This document shows positions 41,723 through 51,686 of a stretch of 64,000 nt of DNA, in pieces. A program made the position numbers and the translations under genes. The first letter of the stretch is position 1; the number at the start of each line of letters is the position of its first letter. Origin of the DNA: Setoptus koraiensis (Eukaryota > Animalia > Arthropoda); NCBI GenBank assembly GCA_048013815.1, contig CM106585.1, forward strand, positions 1,860,001-1,924,000, read 5' to 3'. Under the pieces are notes generated by a model that was not told where the DNA came from, made no database searches, and saw only the letters and a list, made by a program, of their open reading frames with translations.

Positions 41723-42367
41723 ATGGGGCTGTTGATCTCGATGTGTCTGCTGGTAGGGAACATCTTTGTGCGGGTTTATGAGCAAAACTTGATTAATATC
41801 ATGCTCGGTCCCTCTGTCGGTGCACTGATTGGCGATGATCCAATGATAAGATTTTCAATTGAAATATCCAGCTTCTGGTGGACTTTTCGGGGGGTGGCCA
41901 CCAACAGAATCGATAGCAGGGGTTCCCGCAACCAAACACTTAACGGAACTTTTGATAGCATCGATAACCGATTTCATACTGTTGTGTTTCCTACTGTTTA
42001 TAGTTGGAGGACAGCGGCAAGTTGCCGGCTGTGCGATAAAAGAAAAGCGGAAGACCGTTGGAGGAACAGTTGTGGGGCGCTCCATGACCATTATTGCATC
42101 ATCGTGCTGTCGAAACTCGGGATTGAATCTGGCGCCACTACTCGTATGGGCAAAGGCTATCTCCTCTTATGTAACTTGATCAAAACGAGAGAGCGAGCAA
42201 ACGAGCCAACGAACGGGCGAACGGGCGAACGGGCGAACGGGCGAACGGGCGAACGAGCGAACGAGCGAACGAACAAACGAACGGACGAACAACAGACCCT
42301 GTTGAACAGAGTCAGTGGTTGTGCTAAAGAAGCCACGGGATCGGTACAGCACCATCGTCACCAGTAG
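41723..42367 (+). CDS. Hypothetical ORF (214 aa from first ATG; frame open from 41528 or earlier), unrecognised
   Basis: Unusually long open frame in AT-rich spacer DNA with a hydrophobic start (MGLLISMCLLVGNIFV). No known motif, and the 3' end runs through an 8-bp repeat. Confidence 0.2.
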   Translation: MGLLISMCLLVGNIFVRVYEQNLINIMLGPSVGALIGDDPMIRFSIEISSFWWTFRGVATNRIDSRGSRNQTLNGTFDSIDNRFHTVVFPTVYSWRTAASCRLCDKRKAEDRWRNSCGALHDHYCIIVLSKLGIESGATTRMGKGYLLLCNLIKTRERANEPTNGRTGERANGRTGERANERTNKRTDEQQTLLNRVSGCAKEATGSVQHHRHQ

Positions 42368-43565
42368 TAGTGATGACGGCAACGCGAACGTGCGAACGCT
42401 ATTGCGCAAGCTGTTCTACGCGTGCCACCAACAAAATCAACTGTGTGTGCTCGTGGTGACTTCGCTGATTCGACTGCTACTGCGCTAGGTTCACTCACTT
42501 ATAAGTTAGTACTCAACTCAAGATTCACTGTTACTTCTGCTGCTGCTCGTAACGCCAGGCTTACGCAATAGTAGCTCGAACACGAGCACACTCTGTGTGA
42601 ACTTGTTCTGACCATGGGAGCCCCAGTTGTGGTGGTTTGTTTTGAAAATGATACGAGGTATTCGTATTGCAAAAGTATTGCATAACTGTCCGTGCACATT
42701 CTCAAGTGTGTGTGTGTGTATAAAATGAACAAAAGTGCCATATTAATTTTTGTCTTGGTTGCGTCATATTCATTTTAATCTCAGGACACGACAACGACAA
42801 CAACAACAACTTACTACTATAGCAATAACTTACAGCTACTTCCTTCCTGTAAATAAATGCGGGCAACCGTCGGAATCAAAGCGTTACCTTTAATATCATC
42901 GGCAGCAGATTACTATCACGAGATATTCGGGAAAACATTGGTTCTAGAGTGTAAACATAGTAATTATTTGCTCATTTAATAAATTCAAACGGAACCAAAT
43001 CTCAAGCTTTTATTGTCGAAATTAGACCTATTCTAGAGCTGCCAACAACTATGAAGACACCTAGATGACCAGTCGTCGTTGTAGAGTATGGTCATCTCTA
43101 AAAACATAGCACAAGATTACTATGTCTGCTGATGATATCAATGATAACAAACTTGGGGTATTTTTTGTAACATCTACATTCAACCTCTCATCGCACAGCA
43201 GGGTCCAAACATTAAACTGCTTCAACAGATTAATCACATCTAGTCTAATTGCAATAAAAACCGTCCAGAATAATGCGGCAACAAACAAATGCCAAATAGT
43301 GGAAGCCATCCCGAAAAGTTACCAACTACTGAGAAGACAGATAACATTTTTTACACTGGACACATTGAGAACCTTGAATTTACAACGTCATAGACTACAA
43401 ACTTTCTAAATCGTATATACAAATTATATATATATATATTTATTTATATTCATACAAAATTTATCCAAATTGTACAAATTAAAACTTGTACATATTATAT
43501 TTTACGTAACGACAATTATTATAACACAGCAAGTATATTATATATTCACAATTAACTAGACCAAG

Positions 43566-44417
43566 ATGCCTCGATTCGTAACGTGTGGCCCCAATGAGGC
43601 GATAATAGTATCGGGATGTTGTCACTCAAATCCACTCATGGTTCCAGGTGGACGGGTATTTGTCTGGCCTTTATTCCATAAAATACAAAGGATTAGTCTG
43701 AACACCATGACCTTGAATGTTGAATCGCCGAAAGTATATTCCGAAGGTGGTGTCCCAGTGACGGTAAAGGGCGTTGCACAAGTCAAGATACAAGGCAAAG
43801 ACTTGGCCGGACTCAGAGCGGCAATAGAGATGTTTTTGGACAAAACAGAGGACGAAATAATGGATATAGCCAAAGCAACATTGGAGGGTCACCAACGTTC
43901 AATAATAGCCAGTATGGAAATTAAAAATATTTATAAAGATCGCAAAAAGTTCTCGAAGGATGTACAGCAAAGTGCTCAAACTGACCTTATTGATATGGGA
44001 CTAACTTTGATATCATACACCGTACAAGACATATCCGATGACGATGGATATCTAGCTGCCATTGGAGAAGAACAGACTATTGGTGTTAAAACTGACGCCC
44101 GTAAAGAGATGGCTAGAACTAAAAAACAATCAGAATGTAGCAAGATTGATGGCGAAAGATTAAAGAAGGAACATGAGGCGACCAACAATCTTGCAATAGA
44201 ATCGGCAAAGAGGGATTTTGAAATGAAGAAGGCAGAATTTGAATGTGAAGTTTCCACGAAGAAAGCAGAGTCTGATTTGGCTGCGAATTTACAATCGGCC
44301 CAGACAGAACAGAAAATAGTTGGGCAGCAAATGAATGTTAAATTAATGGAGAAAAAATTAGAATCTCAGATACTTCTCAAGAAAATAGAGCAGAGGAAAC
44401 ACGAGTTGAAGGCACAG
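43566..44417 (+). CDS. FLOT1: Flotillin-1, exon 1
   Basis: FVTCGPNEAIIVSGCC...GGRVFVWP...IQRISLNTMTL, TLEGHQRSI (SPFH domain). Donor CAG|GTGAGT at 44418, phase 0. Confidence 0.93.
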
Positions 44418-44527
44418 GTGAGTAAATGCGTAACTAGCTTTATAACTAACTCTTTGAAAGTATTTTTTTTTTCATCTTGTACTAATGGTCGATGATGACT
44501 CCTTTCGTGAATTTGTTCATTTATTAG

Positions 44528-45001
44528 ATCGAACAACAAGCTGACGCAGATTATGAGCGATCCTCAACGCTAGCCGAAGCTTATAAAAAGAAGACAATGC
44601 TAGAGGCAGAAGCAGAGGCCAATGCCATTAGGATAAAATCCGAAGCTGAGGCAGAAGTAATTAAGTTAAAAGCCGAGGCGGATGCAAAACAGCTAGAGGG
44701 AAGAGCTGCGGCGTTCATGGAGTATCAAAGAGCTGCCAAGTTAGATATGGTTCTAAGTATGTTACCTAAGGTGATTGCAGAAATTGCAGAACCACTTTCA
44801 AATTGTAAGGTGACAGTAGTTTCGCAAGATAGTAGCGTTGGACTTTGCAAAATTTCTAGCGAGATATTTTCTATGGTGGATCAAATCACTGAGGCGTGTG
44901 GCGTTGCAAATGTCGGACAACTATCTGCCATCAATAACTCAAATGACAACAATGATCATCGCGGTGGTGGCAGTAGCAGCAGTCATAGTGGCGATAAAAG
45001 A
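44528..45001 (+). CDS. FLOT1: Flotillin-1, exon 2
   Basis: Acceptor TTATTAG at 44527, in frame with exon 1 (ELKAQ|IEQQADA). AEAEA flotillin repeats and KLDMVLSMLPKVIAEIAEPL. Donor AGA|GTAAGT at 45002. Confidence 0.9.
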
Positions 45002-45151
45002 GTAAGTACTTTTTGCTTTATTATTATATATATTTATAAGATACGAAATGTTTACAGCCTGTTAGACTATGATAGAGTAACAAATATATTACCATCTTCT
45101 CAATACTATTCTCAATACTAAAATACCATTCTCAATACTACAATACTGTAG

Positions 45152-45238
45152 AGCCCCCTGGAAACCGAAGCCCCAACAAAATTACAACGTCCATCCACCT
45201 CAAGCTTGTTTAGTGAACGATTCAAGCCGAAGTCGTAG
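45152..45238 (+). CDS. FLOT1: Flotillin-1, probable terminal exon 3 (SPLETEAP...RFKPKS*)
   Basis: Acceptor CTGTAG at 45151, phase 0, 28 codons then TAG. Alternative acceptors exist at 45040 and 45057. Confidence 0.55.
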   Translation, partial: SPLETEAPTKLQRPSTSSLFSERFKPKS

Positions 45239-45253
45239 ACAATAACACCCTAG

Positions 45254-46003
45254 CTAACTTCTGTCCGGTGCAGGAGAATTAACTTTGTACAAAGCTTGGA
45301 AACTAGTGAGAAGCTTCACGTGTTTCTGATTCGACAATGGTGCATCATTAAAATGAGGTCCAATCAACAAAGGTTTTAAGTCCAGCCGAGGCGTCTTCTT
45401 TTCGTCCGAGGGCCTCTCGTCGTCGGCCATTAATTCTTCAGTTTCTTTTGAATCATTTTCTCCCTCTTGGTCGCTGTCATGGTGTTTCTCATCGTCAGAA
45501 ACGTATCCGTGTGGTACAAAGAAGCTCATATCAATCTCGTAGTCTTCTTGCTCTCCTTCGCCCTCGTCCGAGCTGCCATGAAGGCTTTCGCCTGGCCCAC
45601 CAACGTCCCATTCGGCCTCAGAGTCGCACTCGTAATCAAGTAATTCATTGTCTTGATGGAATGGGCGCCGACCCGTTACCTTATTGCTTTTTTTCTGCCA
45701 CGTTCCCCAATAAGGTGGCCTGACATCAACATGAAATTGTAATAATCGAGCCCTCAGTGGACCCCTTGTTTTTCTTCTCAATCTGAATGGTTCATGCGCC
45801 TTGCTTTTTATTTGCTCTAGATATGATTGTGAGGAATTTTGGCTGAGAATAGTTGAATCAAATGTATCCTTGTGATTAATATTAAACTTTTCAACGTGTT
45901 GCTCATTATATTTTGGTGCTAATTTACGATATCTGTCGCACAAGAATTTCTCCTCTTGCTTGGCAGGCGTAATCTTGGTAAAATAGTTAAGAACGGAGGC
46001 CAT
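45254..46003 (-). CDS. CHAF1A: Chromatin assembly factor 1 subunit A (p150/Cac1), highly reduced, 249 aa
   Basis: RLLQFHVDVRPPYWGTWQKKS, LLDYECDSEAEW, GESL, acidic ED stretch, FFVPHGYVSDDE and LKPLLIGP match the CAF1A core. The N-terminal SVLNYF is PIP-like. Confidence 0.93.
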   Translation of the reverse strand: MASVLNYFTKITPAKQEEKFLCDRYRKLAPKYNEQHVEKFNINHKDTFDSTILSQNSSQSYLEQIKSKAHEPFRLRRKTRGPLRARLLQFHVDVRPPYWGTWQKKSNKVTGRRPFHQDNELLDYECDSEAEWDVGGPGESLHGSSDEGEGEQEDYEIDMSFFVPHGYVSDDEKHHDSDQEGENDSKETEELMADDERPSDEKKTPRLDLKPLLIGPHFNDAPLSNQKHVKLLTSFQALYKVNSPAPDRS

Positions 46004-46140
46004 CTTGGTAATTATTTAAGATAATAGAGTACGATTAAAAACAACAATCATGCCAATTCATCTCTAATTCATAATACCGATGCGTAATAGTAAAATAGAT
46101 ACATGTAAATAAAACTGTCCACCTGAGGAATCATCTGTGT

Positions 46141-46270
46141 CGCGGTAAAAAAGGTTTTCACACGTGCCTTCCACAGCGCTTATGGACATTATTAGAGAAA
46201 AAATAATGCGCGCCGCGCGTCAAACAGTCAACTCAACAGCCACAATGGATACAGCGACATTTTTTGGCGT
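46141..46270. promoter_or_regulatory. E2F-like sites upstream of CHAF1A (TTTACCGCG, TTTGACGCGC, TTTGGCG)
   Basis: Three near-TTTSSCGC motifs 140-270 bp upstream of an S-phase gene. None is a perfect match. Confidence 0.3.
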
Positions 46271-46548
46271 AGTTTATGAGGATGGGATCCAAGTGTATCA
46301 GATCTGAAAGCAGAATTAATGGGAAAAAACACGCATTAAAAAATAATCTGGGAGCTTCTAGTATCAAGAACGTCGTAGCGAACAATTGAATGCGACTTTA
46401 TTTGTATGTTTTATTCAAAAGAAGCCACGCATCTCCCACAATAATTAATTATTACATTCTATAGAAACTTGTTTGTGTTGTTGCTGTTGTGTTATTTCAC
46501 TAAATCATATAATGTGATAATAATAAATTTTTGCAATTAATTGCTTAA

Positions 46549-48252
46549 CTAGGCTTGAAATGTAGCAGAAAAGTCTGTTACAATCTTCTTGAGTTTAGCA
46601 TCGGTATCCTCGGTGATCTTGCTTTCCTTGGCGATGCTCTCTAAGATATAAGAATGAGACGCTTTAACGTGAGCCAAAAACTCCTTCTCGAACTTGTTAA
46701 TCTTAGATGGCTCCAGCTTGTCCAAGTAGCCACGGACACCGGTGTACACAACAACAACTTGATCCTCGATTGGCATAGGTACATACTGACCTTGCTTGAG
46801 CAACTCGGTTAGACGAACACCACGATTCAAGAGCTGCTGGGTTGCGGCATCTAAATCGGAACCGAATTGGGCGAAGGCGGCAACCTCACGGTATTGGGCC
46901 AATTCCAATTTCATGGAACCAGCTACTTGTTTCATAGCACGAGTTTGAGCGGCCGAACCGACACGGGACACTGACAAACCGACGTTAATAGCTGGCCTAA
47001 TACCCTTGTAGAAGAGCTCAGTTTCCAAGAAAATCTGACCATCGGTAATAGAAATGACATTGGTTGGGATATAAGCGGACACATCACCGGCTTGTGTCTC
47101 AATAACGGGCAAAGCTGTCAATGAGCCACCACCAAATGACTCGTTCATCTTGGCCGCTCTCTCAAGAAGACGAGAATGGAGGTAAAAGACGTCTCCTGGG
47201 TAAGCCTCACGACCTGGAGGTCTACGCAACAAAAGTGACATTTGACGGTAGGCAACGGCTTGTTTTGATAAATCGTCGTAGATAATAAGGGCATGACGTC
47301 CAGAGTCTCTGAAAGCCTCGCCCATAGCACATCCTGAGTAGGGGGCCAGGTATTGCAGGGGTGCGGCGTCGGAGGCAGTTGCGGCGACGACAATGGTGTA
47401 TTTCATGGCATCAGTGTCTGTTAGCCTTTTAACAATTTGTGCCACAGTGGATCGTTTTTGACCAATGGCGACATATATACAGTACAGTTTTTTCTTTTCA
47501 TCAGTTGAATCGTTGAATCTCTTTTGATTGATAATAGTGTCTACGGCAATAGCTGTCTTACCAGTTTGACGATCGCCAATAATCAATTCACGCTGACCAC
47601 GACCAATGGGCACAAGACTGTCTACAGCCTTGACACCAGTTAACATGGGCTCTCTAACACTTACACGAGGTATGATACCTGGAGCTTTCACGCCCACTCT
47701 GGCTCTTTTGGTAGATTTAATTGGTCCTTTGCCGTCAATTGGGTTACCTAAAGCGTCTACAACACGACCTAACATTTCATCACCAACTGGCACATCGACA
47801 ATGGCACCTGTCCTTTTTACAATGTCGTCTTGTTTGATGAGCTTGTCGTTACCGAAAACGACAATACCCACATTGTCGGGCTCTAAATTAAGTGCCATAC
47901 CCTTTAGACCGGACGAGAATTCAACCATCTCCTCTGCTTGAATGTTCCTAAGTCCGTAAACACGAGCAATACCGTCACCAATAGATAGTACGCGACCAGT
48001 TTCTTCTAAGTTAACGGAACCAGTTTGTGCCAAAATTCTCTCCTCTAGAATGGATGCTACCTCGCCAGAGCCCATCGCTGCTTGTCTGGGTTGCGAAGTG
48101 GACAATTCTCGTTGTTGCTGTTGGTTACCATTGACCATGAAACGAGAATTTCCATTTAGTGAGGCCTGTGTACTCCTAGCCGCCAATTGGGCCAAGCTAG
48201 AGGTCCTGTGATTGTAGAGCCTAAGGGCCGAATTTAGGTGCCTGATCATCAT
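46549..48252 (-). CDS. ATP5F1A: ATP synthase F1 subunit alpha, mitochondrial precursor, single exon, 567 aa
   Basis: [18 protein letters not shown], Walker [32 protein letters not shown] and [19 protein letters not shown], with an Arg/Ser-rich mitochondrial presequence. Confidence 0.99.
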   Translation of the reverse strand: MMIRHLNSALRLYNHRTSSLAQLAARSTQASLNGNSRFMVNGNQQQQRELSTSQPRQAAMGSGEVASILEERILAQTGSVNLEETGRVLSIGDGIARVYGLRNIQAEEMVEFSSGLKGMALNLEPDNVGIVVFGNDKLIKQDDIVKRTGAIVDVPVGDEMLGRVVDALGNPIDGKGPIKSTKRARVGVKAPGIIPRVSVREPMLTGVKAVDSLVPIGRGQRELIIGDRQTGKTAIAVDTIINQKRFNDSTDEKKKLYCIYVAIGQKRSTVAQIVKRLTDTDAMKYTIVVAATASDAAPLQYLAPYSGCAMGEAFRDSGRHALIIYDDLSKQAVAYRQMSLLLRRPPGREAYPGDVFYLHSRLLERAAKMNESFGGGSLTALPVIETQAGDVSAYIPTNVISITDGQIFLETELFYKGIRPAINVGLSVSRVGSAAQTRAMKQVAGSMKLELAQYREVAAFAQFGSDLDAATQQLLNRGVRLTELLKQGQYVPMPIEDQVVVVYTGVRGYLDKLEPSKINKFEKEFLAHVKASHSYILESIAKESKITEDTDAKLKKIVTDFSATFQA

Positions 48253-49210
48253 TATGTTATTTTAAATAATCGGGTGACGATGAATAGACAAACTTGAGGT
48301 TATCAACGAAGTTGTGTTCGTTAGTTGTGACAACAAATGGCTCAGGTGAATGATAAAATGATATCTAAATGTTAATTATTATTGTGTATCAGCCAGTATG
48401 GGAGCTCTATGCACTTTATAGTGAAGGTCGAAGGATAAAAAGGCGAGCTATCACATCATGCGGAATGTATGGCATCAATACAATCGCGGACACAACTAAG
48501 ATAGGGGGGTAAGTGCGGAGCTTTTTCCCTTGCGCACAACTGAGCGCTCAATTTGAACTTTTCCACACGTTCTGCCAGCCAATAACATGTGTGCGCAGGC
48601 CTGGGGCGAAAACTAAGTGCAGTCCCCCTGACTGCCTCTGCAGTGCATGGCCGTTGAAGGTTGGCGTTGCCAAACTGGGCAAGCGCACGAGTTTTCTCAA
48701 TAAAATGGCGCCACATTCAAGCAACAAGATTGCGTAACGTCCCAATCAGAGGCACCAAATCAACAAACCCAGATATACCCTTCAATGCACTATGCCGATA
48801 CAAACAACGGAATCCATGCGAAATTGTTACGCAACCGATGAACATGTCAAATGAGCATCTCAACATGTGAGCATGCGCCACTCTTTAGAATGTGTTTCAT
48901 CGCGCGATCGCCGAGCCACGAGCCGTACAGCAAACGGATCTGGTCAGTTCGCTACGTACAAAGTGTCAGTCAAAGAGGAAAGCAAATCAACCCTCAGATA
49001 TGCGTTGCTTTTAAGTGTACTAACCGAATGTAAATCGGTCCTCCTCCAGATATGACTACAACTAGAAGAGTTTGCAAAAGAAAAAAATAAGCAAAATGAC
49101 GATCCTAGATGAACGGTCAAAAGTCAAATCAAGTGTCATTTGATTAAAACCGATTAGATCGCCGGTTCCAAAAGTATGTGTCAAGTTTGTCTCAATGAGA
49201 ACAGATACTC

Positions 49211-49697
49211 ATGGGTCTAGTCAAGATGAAAAAGCTAGATCCAACTATCAGAATAAACACAACAACTCTACTGTGCCTTGCTTTGAATTACATCATAGTA
49301 CCGATAGCGGTTTTTAGTAAACTTGATGAAGTGATACCAAATTATGAGGCAGTGAAAAACGAAATAGTTGTGCTACCCAATGAAACTTCTAAAGTTTCCA
49401 ATTCACTAGTTGATAATCGGTCTACCAATTATGAGAGACTTGCCAGCTCAACAGTAAAGTTTCACGAAAAGAATAGGACGAGACAGCAACCGAAGGATAG
49501 GTTACACAGGGTAGCTGTAGCTAAACGAAGATCAAGCAGAGAAGCCCAATTAACGAAATATGTTAGCTCGAGCCTTATGATGGATGCAACAAATCGTGTT
49601 ATGTTACAACCAGACGAACATCATGTACTCGAGGGTGTCACAACAATGTTAGATTGCAAATTAGTCAACATATCTAATGTTTATTGGACAAAAAATG
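49211..49697 (+). CDS. Nephrin (Sns/Hibris)-like Ig superfamily protein, exon 1 (signal peptide, spacer, start of Ig1)
   Basis: Hydrophobic TLLCLALNYIIVPIAVFS, then VLEGVTTMLDCKL...VYWTKN (Ig B-strand Cys and C-strand Trp). Donor AAT G|GTAAGC at 49698, phase 1. Confidence 0.8.
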
Positions 49698-49879
49698 GTA
49701 AGCGAAATGATTGATATGAGTGATACTACCCGCCAGCCTATGCATTTGTACTGACTGCAACTATCTGGATCAAGTGTCTGGTGTAACTGCTGACAAATGT
49801 TTGTTTTTAGGTGTACATTTAAGTGAGATATACGTTTAAAATGCATGTAGAGAATTCTCGAAAGCCACTTTACAGTTAG

Positions 49880-50234
49880 CTAAGGTTCCAGTTCGGGGTC
49901 TTCATCGGCAGGTTCATCCGGGATTCCGGTGTCATCGCCGTCCGCATTATTTCCCCTTCCAAACAGAATGCCGCCAATACCTTTCGGGCCCAATATGCCG
50001 GCAATATCAATACCACCAAAGAGGCCACTTCCATCGCTTGGCGAGCCCCGATCAAAATTACCATTTCCTCTTTGGTATACAGGTATGCCGAGCACTGAAA
50101 CTTGCATTGGCCGTCTAAATGGCCATCTACTGGTGTTGTTAGTTTGGCCCTCGCGTTGCACTTTGACAAGTCCCGACAGAACGCTCACATCTAGATGACC
50201 ATCGCGGCGAGCTTTTTCCATGTTGAAAAATATC
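49880..50234 (-). CDS. Nested small secreted protein, exon 2 (spliced product 154 aa)
   Basis: Acceptor TATGAAG| at 50235 restores the frame of the 49880..50221 ORF (RRVNV-P-IFFNMEK). Non-repetitive, protein-like sequence with an internally repeated VSVL motif. The acceptor is weak. Confidence 0.6.
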
Positions 50235-50344
50235 CTTCATATTAACAATTACAATATTAATGACGAGATAGTGTGAAGGGTTGAGTTGGTTTATTCATGC
50301 AGAGAATATTCACTTTGAGTGTTTTATTTATTCAAGTTACTTAC

Positions 50345-50454
50345 GGTACGTTCACGCGGCGCGTATTATCTTCTCTCTCAACTTGGCTCATTATTTCGGC
50401 CACGCCAACAGTGGCCACAATTAAAACTATCACAACATGGGTAGAATTGAGCAT
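50345..50454 (-). CDS. Nested small secreted protein, exon 1 (signal peptide MLNSTHVVIVLIVATVGVA)
   Basis: GCAGCCATG start at 50454 and a hydrophobic signal-like stretch. Strong donor CC|GTAAGT at 50344, phase 2. Not in the ORF track. Confidence 0.6.
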
Positions 50455-51627
50455 GGCTGCGAATGAGTTAATTTGACTTCTTTCATGACAATTTTACAAA
50501 CCAATTTCATCTATTTATTTATGGAGATATTGTTTTTCTGGTATAACAAACCGAGAATCGACCAGCGAATTTTGCAACGAGTTTGATAATGGCCGATGAA
50601 AGAGAGAAATTATTCCTTTAATGAGGGTTGCACAACGCTGAAATTCACTGTAGCCGGGCACCTAATCAAGCGAATACTCTCTAAACAGACAAACAAGCTC
50701 GATCAAAGAAGGAGTCTAGTAGACAACGTCAATTTATGTGTCGAAATGCAATATATTCAGGTATTGAGAGCGCCAGTTTAGCGAGATTTACTTTTCATTA
50801 GCATTGACTGTTAGGGGTTGTTTCAACTTGCGACACACGCGTATCTATGGTTGATGGAAAGAGTTTGATTTATTGGAACTAGACAAAGTCTTCGCTGAAA
50901 TAACTCGCCACACCAGTTGTTGTTGACAACAATGTGAGCTAAACAATTGCCAGCCAACAACAGCAACAGCAACAGCAACAACTCATCATAATTGACAGTG
51001 CGTGTTTGCACTAACAAACAACCATTAGTCTAATAATGACGAAACGAGTCACAGCAAGTATAAATAAATTTTTCGACTGGATGTCTGTTTGAATGTCTCA
51101 ATTATCTTTGGGCAATGTTTATGTATGTTGGCTTGCTGATGGTGTTGTCGCTGCAGCTAACACTTTATGCTCCATTGGATATCCAATCTGCTAACGAGGT
51201 GTGAGCAAGCCGAATGGGTAAATAAAGTGATAAAGTGGGAATTTTTCACTTTATCGCCACCACTCACACACTGCCACGGAGTGTTTTCGTTGACTCGTTG
51301 GCTCCCTTTTTGTCGCTGGCATCGGGCCCCACTTGCTGGCCCGCTGGCAATGTAATCAATATATTACGAGATATTGGGAGTTGTTGTGTGTCATTTGAGA
51401 TGATGATCACAACAATCAATTGTGCCCACTGTCGCCATAATAACACGAAAACTATATTAGCAATAATAGCAAATACAATAATAGGTTGGTGTTATACGAG
51501 TAAATGATTTAATACGGCCCAGACAGCGTTTGAGTGATTGTGACCAGCGTGTTATGTAACGACGCTCGTTTTATGTCCCTCGCTCACTCAGCACCGTCAC
51601 ACCGCCACTACGCCACTACGCTCGACT

Positions 51628-51686
51628 GGCGTCTCGGCGTCTCGGCGTCTCGGCGTCTCGGCGTCTCGGCGTCTCGGCGTCTTGGC
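51628..51686. repeat. (GGCGTCTC)6 octamer array
   Basis: Six perfect copies plus one variant. Confidence 0.9.

Noticed and set aside
42255-42285. Minus-strand TTTGTTCGTTCG resembling miR-375
   Set aside because: Part of a GAAC-based tandem repeat, with no complementary hairpin arm.
43061-43309. 82-aa minus ORF with SADIVILCY resembling a small-GTPase strand
   Set aside because: No P-loop, DxxG or NKxD motifs in frame; the resemblance is too short to support.
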